Source: Andalucia godoyi And28
Lineage: Eukaryota; Protista; Jakobida
DNA length: 64,000 bases
Direction: 5' to 3'
Assembly: GCA_009859145.1 (NCBI GenBank)
Contig: VRVR01000008.1
Span: 359,957-423,956 of the forward strand
Positions 30,397-40,024 of the stretch are shown piece by piece (the first letter of the stretch is position 1; each line of letters starts with the position of its first letter). A model generated the notes under the pieces. The model ran no database searches and was not told where the DNA came from. It worked only from the letters and a program-made list of their open reading frames with translations. The position numbers and the translations under genes are program-made.

Positions 30397-33300
30397 ATGT
30401 CGATGCTTTCGAAAGTCTTGGAGATTGCAGATCGTCTGATTGAGAATTCTTCTTCGTCTGCAGCGTCACAGGAAGCGAGTTCTCCGAAGCAGGTTATCAA
30501 TGCGGCATGTGAATACTTGGATGCCCTCCGTGTGATTCGATGCCAGCTCACTGTCGTTCGGGATGCTTCTGCCCGTCGCGCATTGTATGAAAAGAGTCTC
30601 AAAGTCCGAGAAAAGTTCGCAATGTCGTTGCAAGCGTCCGTGTATGTTGCAGACTGCGTGGGGTTGACGCATGCGATTTGTGAGTTCGAGTTTGCACCGT
30701 CGTTCATCACAACCTTGAACACCGAGTTCACAACGTGGGTTGCGACCAGGCTTCCAAATGTCAAGCCAAGTGACAGCCTGCAGAATGTTACTAGCCTGTT
30801 TCAGTGCGTCACTGCAATCGCGAAAGAGAATGCAAGCTTCTTTGTGCCGTACGTCGACCCGTGGTTCATGAACTGCCTACGCGCAGTTAAGAAGTGCACG
30901 GACGATTTCAAAGTCGCCGTGTTTCATTTCCTGTCTACCATCTTGAAGCTGTACGATAGACTGCCGGTGACCGAGGCTTGCCGAGACGAGCTGAGTCGGT
31001 CTGTTTTGAAATGCATTGCCGAGAAGGAAATTCGCGTGTCGCAGAGCTGCGCCAAGTGTTTATACGTCACGTCGCTGCCCGACCTTACCGTTGCCTTTGA
31101 AGCAATTGACCGATCTGTCGACTTTTATTCCATTAGCTTGCACGATGTGGGCTCGTCGATGTCAAAGGCTATTGAATCAGTTGTGTTTCAATCTGAAGAC
31201 CGCTCTCACGAGCCGCGAAACAGCCTGTCCTCCATGTTTTCTCTTGTGAAGCACCGAAAGCGCAGTGCTTCCATTGTGTTTGATGCTTCACTGCTGACCA
31301 AAATCCCGTCAAAGCTCGTTCCATACGTTGTTCCTTGCTTTTCCGAGGCGATTTGGACACAGTTCTTCCCGGTGCTTGTCCAGTTCGTTTCCTCTCTCGA
31401 CTTGGAGCCTCAGAAGAAGATCTGGTCGCAGTGCACTCCATCCGTACTGAACTTTGTCTCCAATCGCATCATCGAGTCCTTTGTGCTGATTTCCGGTGAG
31501 ACAACAGCGGACGTTTGTGAAAAATTTGACAAACAATCCATTGACGAGAAATGCTGCATGCTGAGGTTCATGTTGCTGCAGCCCTCCTTGTTTCAGGAAA
31601 GCCTTGCACCGCAGAAGTGGTTCGAGATCTGGTCCCACGTATTCTCCTCGGATGACGAAATTCTGCGCACCCTCGCTGCGCTGTGCTGCTCCAAGTTTGG
31701 CGATGTGTTCACGATCGTGAACAACTGCATCTCCTCGTCCGTTGTCATTTGCTCGGATCTCGCGTCAGGCGCTATCGACAGGAGGAATCTTCTGTTGCAA
31801 CTGCACGGATTTGGTCTCGCAATCTCGTTTCTGTTTCCTGCGTTTGTGGACTCTCCTTCACTTGTCGTCAAAGTCGAATCGCTGACGAGCAAACTGTTGG
31901 ATATCTGCGCAGACCCATCGGTCGAAACTGGCGTTTGCCTTCAAATTCTTTTTTTGATCCTTTCGTCTGCATGGTCGGTGTGCAAGAGCATGCTGCCATC
32001 TCTTGTGGATTCGTTTCTACTTCCCACTGTGTACCGATCATGCGTGCGTGTTTCAGATTTTCTGACCCCAGAATTATCCTCTGATCCCAAACCGGATGCA
32101 AAGACCGAATCCAAAGCGCTGTCTATTCCGTCCATGCTGCGGTGCTTTGCTGCTTATTGTCGGTTCTTGCGAAATTATCGAACGAATCCTGTTTTTGTGG
32201 ACATGGATTTCTGGTTCGCCCAGGAACGAAATTTCCTTGCTCTACAGCAATCTACTGGATCGCGACGACCGTTCATGAATGCATCCGTGGATATCATGCT
32301 CGCTGAGATTTTTCTGCTATGCGCTGGAAAGAATATGAAGTACATTCAGCCTGTTTTGCAGCATGCTTCCACAGTTTGCAAGGTTCGAGACTCCCAGCCT
32401 GTCCAGCAGAAGAAGACCGGCCAAGATGTTTCGCGGGTCTATTCGTTCTTCTTTCATGATAGCCAGGACCCCTATGGTAGTCTTTCTCTGGATCGATTGA
32501 TGGAGGGGGCCGGCTCACTCATGATTGGGGCCCACATTGCTCGTTTGTTGGATGCCAAGAACGTGTCTGAAACTCTGAGCAAGACATCTTTTTTGAGTAA
32601 TCGCGCTTTGTTGTCCATGTTGTCCAATGTCGCGATGCTTGCTGGACGTTCCATCCCATGCAAGGACACTCTGTTTTCGTTGGGTATGAACGCCATGAAG
32701 AGCGCGGTCTTTGATCTTCCGTCTGCTGACATGCCTTTGCTGAAAAAGTTCGTCGTTGAATTTGCCGGTGTGTTTGGCGATGCTTTTTCGACCAGCTTTC
32801 TCCAGGTTGGCTTCGATTTGTATGAGTCGTATTCTGCGCGGAACGAACTGAACTCGTTGCTCAAGATCCAAAGATTCCTTTTGCTTGTGGAGCCTATGAT
32901 TGTCGGGCTTCATGACAGCGGCCACAGCGTGTCCAGCTGGCTGGTCGCCGTGGTCTCCTTCTGCTCCACCATTATCAGTCCTTCGTCGCAAACACTGTCC
33001 GTTCTCTGTTTTGAAATGCTTGCTAGCTTGTTTGCGAAATTTTCCAACAGAACCGTCGATTTTGCGGAAACGTTGTTTTCTGTCTCTGTATCAAACATGG
33101 TTTCACGGTCCCCCGACGTTTCGCAGATCATCATCGAAGCAGATAATTCGAAAGCTGCTGCTTTTCCATTCCGGTCGTTGTCTTGCCTTTCTTACTGCGA
33201 GCTCGTTAGTACCTTCCATCTGCTGCCCGTCCTGATGAAGACCGCAGTCATGAGCGACATGGGAGTGTTCCTTGCGTGCTTCCTGCTGGATGGCAGATCC

Positions 33301-35253
33301 ACCTCGTGGGGCACGGAGGTCCAGCCAGTTGCGAAGCGCAAATCCGAAGGTTGGATGCGAGTCCAAACTCAGTTCTTGAGCAGTCTCTCCTTGTATAAAA
33401 AAGAAGTTTTGGTCGCATGGTTCTTGTCTGCTGCGGCTCCTGGCACACCTACTCTGGACACCTTGCTGTCTTGGCTGAGCTTGAACCGCAGCCTTCCTGT
33501 TGATGGGCTGCTGCCGTGCGTCAAGGAGCTGGTGCAGCACTTCAGCATTTCGTTCTCCGAATTGGTCGTGTTTACGGGGAATTTCTGCCTTCGCTCATCG
33601 TCCAAGATATCTGCTCTACCGGAGGCTTCCACACTGGAACATGTTCCGCAGAAGAAAGACTATGATCCAGACGACGAGAACGAGGCAGGAAACGAAGACG
33701 AAGAAGGGCAGCCCAAGGCGAAGGAAGCAGACTCGAAGGAAGCGGCTGACGTTCCGGAACTCGAATTCTCTGCGACATCTCAAATCTCTGTTCTTCGCAC
33801 GGTGGTAGACATGGTTGCGGGGGGCTGTGCAATGACTCCGCTGGACCAGGAACGACTTGCGGATATTCTCTGTCGTGTCTGTGCCGTTCAAGGAGTGTCG
33901 GATCTGTCGATTCATGCAGTCCGCTGCCTCGGTCACATTTTCAAGTCCATATCGCTTTCCATCTTGAAGCCGTTTGATGAGCTGTATTTTTCCCAGTTTC
34001 GCCTTCAGTTTACCCCTATGTTTCGGTTCTTTGACTCGTCGTGTGATCCACGGCTGTTCGACTCCTTCTGTGCCGTGCTGATCAATCTTGCAGAAAGCAG
34101 TCAACTTCTACCCCATCGGGAATGCTCCAAACTGTGGACCAGCTTGAGCGATGTCTTCGAGCGAATTCTCGACGGCGCATCCGGACTCGTGAAGTTTGGC
34201 ATTGACGTGGATGGGCATGCAATGTCCAAAGTGGCCCAGACTCTTGATGCGTTCCTTGCACTCCCGCCCTCTGCCATCAGCAATGACAGTCTGGAGCGTT
34301 TGTCCGGGGTTTGCAAGCGTGTTGTTTTGCTAGATGGTGAAATGTTTTCTGCTGCCAACGTGGAGACGGTCTCCGAGGATATCCTGAAGAATCTTCGCAC
34401 GAAAGCCGTGGGTTGTGTATGTCGCCTCTGTCATCCATCCTCGTTTCCTGTTCTTAGTGAGCTGTGTAATGTTATTTTGGCCGAGGATCTCTGGAGTTCC
34501 GAGTACGCTCGGTACATTGATGCTGCTTGGCCTCCGCAGCTGATGGCTCTTTTTTGCAGGAAGACGTATGCGAGTGCCAGCGAGTGCCGCCAGATGATTG
34601 GATTTCCGCGCCTGTCCGCCGGTGAGAATGCGAGACTCCTCATCTCCATCCTTTTCATGTACAATGTGCTCGAGAAAGCCCAGAAAGATCATCCGGGCGT
34701 CCTTGCTGATGTGCGGCGTTTTGCCGCGATCCAATCCGTTCGCGGAGATGCTCGGTCTGCCAGCGACTTGACATCGTCGGACATCCTGGCATTCATTCCC
34801 GATTCAACGTTTCCAGCGCAGCTTTTGCCGCACATTTCCTTTCCGGAGTCGTGCGTTGCGTATCAACTTTGCAAACCTTCGCTTCCGCTGAGCGATGTGT
34901 TTGGACTTGTTGGATCCTATTTGAAGGCAGGCGACGTTGCGTCTGTTAAGTACCTTTTGCAAGATTTGAGCGATTCGCTTGATGTCCACGCTGCAGATAC
35001 CTTGATTCAATATTCTGCAATGGTTCTGCTTGCGTGCGCAGCGGACTCTGTGGCACGCGTCACCGTTGGAGTTCATGTTTTCCGCTTACTGTCTGTTCTT
35101 GGTTCTCGAGAGCCACAAAAGGTGTTGTCCGTCTTTGTGCGCATGAAATCACTCTTTCCGCAAGATTTTATCGGCATTGTTCGTCAGCTGGAACCAGAGT
35201 ACATTGCGCGACTAAGCTCTCTCGAGTCCCGCAAGGACAATAACAGCACCTAA
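30397..35253 (+). CDS. Large alpha-solenoid (HEAT/ARM-like) protein; HEATR5/Laa1-like is possible but not established
   Basis: 1618-aa Leu-rich helical ORF with an acidic loop (DDENEAGNEDEE); no catalytic motif. Confidence 0.7.
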   Translation: MSMLSKVLEIADRLIENSSSSAASQEASSPKQVINAACEYLDALRVIRCQLTVVRDASARRALYEKSLKVREKFAMSLQASVYVADCVGLTHAICEFEFAPSFITTLNTEFTTWVATRLPNVKPSDSLQNVTSLFQCVTAIAKENASFFVPYVDPWFMNCLRAVKKCTDDFKVAVFHFLSTILKLYDRLPVTEACRDELSRSVLKCIAEKEIRVSQSCAKCLYVTSLPDLTVAFEAIDRSVDFYSISLHDVGSSMSKAIESVVFQSEDRSHEPRNSLSSMFSLVKHRKRSASIVFDASLLTKIPSKLVPYVVPCFSEAIWTQFFPVLVQFVSSLDLEPQKKIWSQCTPSVLNFVSNRIIESFVLISGETTADVCEKFDKQSIDEKCCMLRFMLLQPSLFQESLAPQKWFEIWSHVFSSDDEILRTLAALCCSKFGDVFTIVNNCISSSVVICSDLASGAIDRRNLLLQLHGFGLAISFLFPAFVDSPSLVVKVESLTSKLLDICADPSVETGVCLQILFLILSSAWSVCKSMLPSLVDSFLLPTVYRSCVRVSDFLTPELSSDPKPDAKTESKALSIPSMLRCFAAYCRFLRNYRTNPVFVDMDFWFAQERNFLALQQSTGSRRPFMNASVDIMLAEIFLLCAGKNMKYIQPVLQHASTVCKVRDSQPVQQKKTGQDVSRVYSFFFHDSQDPYGSLSLDRLMEGAGSLMIGAHIARLLDAKNVSETLSKTSFLSNRALLSMLSNVAMLAGRSIPCKDTLFSLGMNAMKSAVFDLPSADMPLLKKFVVEFAGVFGDAFSTSFLQVGFDLYESYSARNELNSLLKIQRFLLLVEPMIVGLHDSGHSVSSWLVAVVSFCSTIISPSSQTLSVLCFEMLASLFAKFSNRTVDFAETLFSVSVSNMVSRSPDVSQIIIEADNSKAAAFPFRSLSCLSYCELVSTFHLLPVLMKTAVMSDMGVFLACFLLDGRSTSWGTEVQPVAKRKSEGWMRVQTQFLSSLSLYKKEVLVAWFLSAAAPGTPTLDTLLSWLSLNRSLPVDGLLPCVKELVQHFSISFSELVVFTGNFCLRSSSKISALPEASTLEHVPQKKDYDPDDENEAGNEDEEGQPKAKEADSKEAADVPELEFSATSQISVLRTVVDMVAGGCAMTPLDQERLADILCRVCAVQGVSDLSIHAVRCLGHIFKSISLSILKPFDELYFSQFRLQFTPMFRFFDSSCDPRLFDSFCAVLINLAESSQLLPHRECSKLWTSLSDVFERILDGASGLVKFGIDVDGHAMSKVAQTLDAFLALPPSAISNDSLERLSGVCKRVVLLDGEMFSAANVETVSEDILKNLRTKAVGCVCRLCHPSSFPVLSELCNVILAEDLWSSEYARYIDAAWPPQLMALFCRKTYASASECRQMIGFPRLSAGENARLLISILFMYNVLEKAQKDHPGVLADVRRFAAIQSVRGDARSASDLTSSDILAFIPDSTFPAQLLPHISFPESCVAYQLCKPSLPLSDVFGLVGSYLKAGDVASVKYLLQDLSDSLDVHAADTLIQYSAMVLLACAADSVARVTVGVHVFRLLSVLGSREPQKVLSVFVRMKSLFPQDFIGIVRQLEPEYIARLSSLESRKDNNST

Positions 35254-35373
35254 CGTCCTGTCATCTCTGCACTGCCCCATGTTTTTTTTCAACTGATGTT
35301 GCTGTTGCTGTTGCTGTTGTTCTTGTTTTAAAGAAATATACTTCTTTTTTTATGCATTGCGTTGTTCGTTTTC

Positions 35374-35877
35374 TCATTCTGCACCGGCATGCCGATCCTG
35401 GACTTGCGATTGCTCGGCTTTCAGCCTTCTTTGTTCTTCAATGTACTTGGGGTCGTAGTCCTGCAAGACAATATGGGCTTCTTGACCCAGCACGGAATTT
35501 TCAAACTTGGCCAGTTCGGCCAGTGCATGCCTGGCAGAATACACAAAAGGCAGGTATGCGCCCGCAAATGTAATACCCGTGCCAACCATGAATGCCTGGA
35601 ACCCAGACATGTTTGACCGCACCGCCGCCACCTTTCGCGTAACCACAAACGAAAAGATGCCTGCAAAACACGCACCGCCCAGCGATCGTAGTGCACCCAG
35701 CTTGAGTTCGCGATTTACAACCGCTTGTTCCTCAGACGTCAGCTTGTAGCCAAGCAACCTCTGCCTCGAGTCCGAGTAATTCCGAGACTTTGATATTTCA
35801 ACCCGCGTTGGCGCATCCGCTCTTGGCTTTTCTTCAGGCCTGGCCTCGACTTGCTGCACCACCTGCTCCTTTTGCAT
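35374..35877 (-). CDS. Two-TM membrane protein, weakly OCIA-domain-like
   Basis: LTSEEQAVV, two hydrophobic helices, then LAKFENSVLGQEA, resembling the OCIA L..LENS.LG motif. Start at MQKEQ (35877). Confidence 0.5.
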   Translation of the reverse strand: MQKEQVVQQVEARPEEKPRADAPTRVEISKSRNYSDSRQRLLGYKLTSEEQAVVNRELKLGALRSLGGACFAGIFSFVVTRKVAAVRSNMSGFQAFMVGTGITFAGAYLPFVYSARHALAELAKFENSVLGQEAHIVLQDYDPKYIEEQRRLKAEQSQVQDRHAGAE

Positions 35878-36370
35878 ATCAGCGTGCCTCACAAAGCAAC
35901 GGGGGCTGGAGCGATCGGGATTTTTTTTTTTTAACAGCCCCGTTTTCCGTTGAAAGAAACAGGAATTGGAAACACTCAAAAGGACGAATGGACAGTCCTC
36001 ACCGGAGAATGACAGCCTCTGACAGCATCTGAAGTGATGCTAGACCCTTGAGCATCCCGCGCATTTCCAAGGGGCTTTGCCGCCAGATCTTTCTGAATTT
36101 CGTATGCTTTTCAGTACTTGCATCACCCATCTAATATCGAATATCCATCCACCACGAAATTCGCTATCATATCGTTCGGTTTTGTGTTTTTTTAAAATAT
36201 TTATTGTGTGCTTATTATTTTTCGCATCATTTTCCCCTTTCTTTCTTTTTCACACGATAATTGTACGCTCTGTGTTCTCTGTTCAAAGAACAAAAAAAGA
36301 AAAAAAGAAAAGATAAAGACGGTGTTTGTGTGTTTGTGGACTAGTAGCGAATACAGAAAAGAGGAAGAAG

Positions 36371-37885
36371 ATGTCTCGAAAGCGTGCTTCGTTTGACACG
36401 ACGTCGTGTTTTTCTTCGTTTCAAACCATTACGAATGCATTTCGATCTACGAAGCGAGGGAGGCTTGGGTCTGCATCGTCTCTGGCTTCTGAGAAGATGT
36501 GCACTGTGATCCCCGACTCCAACTCGGTATCGTCCGATCTCACCGACTATTGTGGACAGTCTCCTTTGACATCATCCACAAATACCTCTTTTTCCTTTCC
36601 GGCTGCTGCGGCTCCTTCTTGTTCGTCGTCGCCGGTGAAAAGGCTGCTGCAGGAAGTTGGGATGCGAAAGGATCCGTCTGTGCTGATTGGTCGCGAATCG
36701 GAAATGCGCGACATCCAGAGCTTTCTGGACAATGAGAAGTCGAGGTTCTTGTATGTGTGTGGAAGGCCTGGAGCCGGCAAGTCTGCATGTGCAAAGCTTG
36801 TGATCAAGGATTTTTCGAAAGCGGTGTTTTTGAATTGCATGTCTCTTGGAACTGTTGCTTTGCTGAAGCGGACGCTCGAAAATGAACACTCGATTGTCGT
36901 TTCCCGCTGCAATCCACGGCGATCGAAGCAGCGCCCCTGGAGCTCTTTTGGAGTAGGCGAGGGCGCCGCAGCAGCAGACCAAGAGGACTATTCCGACATC
37001 GATAGCGATGCGGAAGCGGAGGAGGAAGGTTCAGGACCACGATGCTCGCAGAGTGCAAAGAAAGGGTTCCGGATTGTAGTGCTGGACGAGATTGACGACT
37101 TGATTCGCAAAGACCGGGCGAGAATGCACGAGTGGATTGCGGATGTATACAACATGCACGGATCGCTTGTGAAGTTTATTGGAATCTCGAATTCGGTTGA
37201 TCTCGTCGAGCGGTTTCTTCCGAACCTTGTGCAATCCCACGTGATTCACCGAATTGTGTTTGACCCGTACTCTGCTGACAAGATCCAGCGCATTGTGTCG
37301 AGCTCGTATCTTGCCGAGCATCCGGGGGCGATTGCTCCCGAGGCACTCGAGCTGCTGGCGCGTCGAGTCATGAACTCGTCTGGAGATTTCCGCAAAGTGC
37401 TTGACATTCTCGTCCAGTCGTGCAAGCTTGCGCTGTCCGAGGATCCTGACACCCGCTCCGTGACGCTGCCTTCGATGCGAAAAGCGCTCTCCACGGTTCT
37501 TGCTTCCAGCACGCTCTCCACCATCCAGAAACTGACGCTCTTCCAAAAAATGCTTCTTGCGACCATCATCCGTCGAGTCACTCGGCTTTCGTCGACAAGA
37601 AACCATCTTCCCAACCCACATCTGCAGCAGCAGCCGTTGCTGCTCAGTTCGGCAGGATGGGTACCAACGGAAGCGGTGCGTGTGGAATACATGATGCACA
37701 TGGAAGAGCAGTCCGTGGGTGGTTTCTGCCGCAAGGAGTTCGGCGATGCACTCATGGCGCTCGAAGACCACTGTGTTGTGCAGGTAGCTCGAGACAGGGA
37801 CTCGATATGTGTAACATGCGACATTCAGGACGTCCGAGCCGCCCTTCAGGATCATGCTCTCGCAAGACAACTTCTTGAAGCATGA
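36371..37885 (+). CDS. CDC6: CDC6/ORC1-family AAA+ replication licensing factor
   Basis: LIGRESE, Walker A GRPGAGKS, Walker B IVVLDEID, IGISNSVDL, GDFRK.LD, C-terminal winged-helix-sized region; N-terminal SP sites and a KRLL Cy-like motif. Confidence 0.85.
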   Translation: MSRKRASFDTTSCFSSFQTITNAFRSTKRGRLGSASSLASEKMCTVIPDSNSVSSDLTDYCGQSPLTSSTNTSFSFPAAAAPSCSSSPVKRLLQEVGMRKDPSVLIGRESEMRDIQSFLDNEKSRFLYVCGRPGAGKSACAKLVIKDFSKAVFLNCMSLGTVALLKRTLENEHSIVVSRCNPRRSKQRPWSSFGVGEGAAAADQEDYSDIDSDAEAEEEGSGPRCSQSAKKGFRIVVLDEIDDLIRKDRARMHEWIADVYNMHGSLVKFIGISNSVDLVERFLPNLVQSHVIHRIVFDPYSADKIQRIVSSSYLAEHPGAIAPEALELLARRVMNSSGDFRKVLDILVQSCKLALSEDPDTRSVTLPSMRKALSTVLASSTLSTIQKLTLFQKMLLATIIRRVTRLSSTRNHLPNPHLQQQPLLLSSAGWVPTEAVRVEYMMHMEEQSVGGFCRKEFGDALMALEDHCVVQVARDRDSICVTCDIQDVRAALQDHALARQLLEA

Positions 37886-38282
37886 CGTCAGAAGAGGGTA
37901 GCTCCAAATGACGAAATTCCCCCCTGCACGCCCTCGTCCGTTGCGAGAATTGCACTGTACATTCTGTTGTATTTGTTTCCTCTCTCTTCTGTATAAATCG
38001 TAGAAGCTGGATTCTCTTCAGCCCAACAGGCAAGCCAAGCCAAAAATAATAATAAAAATAATAAAAAATCATTTTAAAAAATGAAGACACTACTGAATTA
38101 AAAGGCAACAACAAGAATGGTTTACGTGGTTCACTTCGCAAGAAAGAATACGAGGAAAAAGAGCACACATCATGGATGATTCGCGTGCATTCTTCCACAT
38201 CAAAAAGACAAGGCAAATCTGAAAACAATCTTGGGGATCTACGAAAGAAGGAAAGAGACATCGAATGACCGGGTGTGAGGGA

Positions 38283-38655
38283 TTACGCAGTGGCCTTGAT
38301 CTTCTTCTCTTGGATGTACCACTTCTTGATTTGCTTCATGTCTATACATTCATTCGGGAAAGAAAACAACAACAACAACAACAACAAATAAAATAATAAA
38401 AACTCGTAAATGGGGGACGAGTCAATGCATGGTTGTGTGGAAAAAACGTACAGTATACAGAATTAGAAATTGTCAATTGTCCAAACACACTCATGAATGA
38501 TGGTGGAAGAAGAAAAAGGAATGAAAAGAGAGAGAGAAAAAAAGAAACGTACCGCCCCAATGATGCATTTTCCAGGCAATGCCAGAGAGAACTCCCAAAC
38601 TGATTGCAACGCCGATTTCGCGGATAACAAGCTTTTCTGCTGCTCCGTATGCCAT
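38283..38655 (-). CDS. COX5C: Plant-type cytochrome c oxidase subunit 5C (COX Vc), 2 exons: 38655-38553 and 38341-38283, 53 aa
   Basis: Spliced product MAYGAAEKLVIREIGVAISLGVLSGIAWKMHHWGDMKQIKKWYIQEKKIKATA; GTACG...TAG phase-1 intron; hallmark EI.....LG...G..WKMHHW. Confidence 0.8.
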
Positions 38656-39148
38656 GGTGAGATTTTTTAATATATATAATAATAATAAAAAGTAACAGAA
38701 AGCGAGAGCGCGTGAGGGATTCAGAACAAAAGACAAAAAACAGAGAGAATTAAAACGAAAGAAAAAGGAAAAAGACTCGAGAGGAATGCGAGCCGTCGAT
38801 CGGAGTTTGAGTTTGAAAGGGAAAAATAGACGCGAGAAGGAGCTACACACACAGAAAGTGTACGTTCGTGTGTGCATTTTTGCAATTTTCAAAAAAGAAA
38901 AAATAGAATTGAAAAACAACACTTGAGTGCACTTGAGCTGCCTGTTTTTCCCAGAGGCAACAGCCGTAGTGAACGTCGATTAGTTTAACGGTCTGTTTTG
39001 GACGACAGCTCTTGCTTGCTGTTGTTTTAAGCATTTCATCATCATTCTGTTATTCTATTTGTTATTTTGATTTAACTTATTTTGGTATCTTCTTCTCATA
39101 TTCACGGGCAGAAAACAAAACAAAACAAAAACAAAACAGAACAAAAAA

Positions 39149-39739
39149 ATGTCTACGAGTGTGCGGTCTTCGAGGCCACTTTCCGCAACAACTTCAGCCA
39201 CTGGAGCGTCTGGCGCGCCAAGGATCGGGGTTCCGAAACCGGTTTCGTCGTCCGTGCTGCAACCAGTTCAGACGCTGTCGTACCAGGAATTAAAGAAGCG
39301 AGATGAGAAGCTCCGCGAGACAGTTGATTCGCTCACTTGCGAACTTTCTGCGCTGAAGAGCAGCCATGATCAGCTCAAGACGGAGGCCCAGGTGGAAAAG
39401 AAGAATATTGAAATCCGAATGCAAAATCTGGAACGCGAGCTTTTGGAAGCGCAGGAGCAGCTGATTGAGACTTCGCAGAAGGCTGTTGATCTTGAGGAGC
39501 GAATGCAGTCGTCGTATGAAAAGATGATGCTGAATGGAATCAATCCTTCGTCATGCACATACTTCCCGCAGGATGCGTTGGATGCGTCGCACATGAGCAT
39601 TGTCGAGGAAAAGGAGGCACTTGAGCATCAGCTGAGCGCCTTGGAAGAACGAGTTCGTCTGCGCCGTGAACGCGCGTCCGATCTGCTCAGTGGAGCACAG
39701 CGCATGGTGCACACGCTCGATTCCAGAATTCTCATTTAA
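39149..39739 (+). CDS. Small coiled-coil protein of unknown function
   Basis: 196-aa ORF with an ATG after an AT-rich spacer and heptad repeats. Confidence 0.7.
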   Translation: MSTSVRSSRPLSATTSATGASGAPRIGVPKPVSSSVLQPVQTLSYQELKKRDEKLRETVDSLTCELSALKSSHDQLKTEAQVEKKNIEIRMQNLERELLEAQEQLIETSQKAVDLEERMQSSYEKMMLNGINPSSCTYFPQDALDASHMSIVEEKEALEHQLSALEERVRLRRERASDLLSGAQRMVHTLDSRILI

Positions 39740-40024
39740 ATTGGTTTTTTATACTTGTCGCCTACAGGGTGCACTGATCATGATGCACAGCGATCGCTGA
39801 TGAAGCATCATATAACTCAATGTTGCAACCCGGATTGCGCTGCAGCACCGGGAAGGCGACAGAACTGGTGCGAATTGCTCCTTCAACGGTATTCTTCAGG
39901 ACCTAAAGCAATTCATAAAAGAACAACGCTGTACAGATTTACCTTCTTTCCCAATCTCCTGCGCACTGAAACAAAATGCAGTGAGCGAACTTCTTGGTTG
40001 CATCCAAGCTATGTGTTTGCATGA

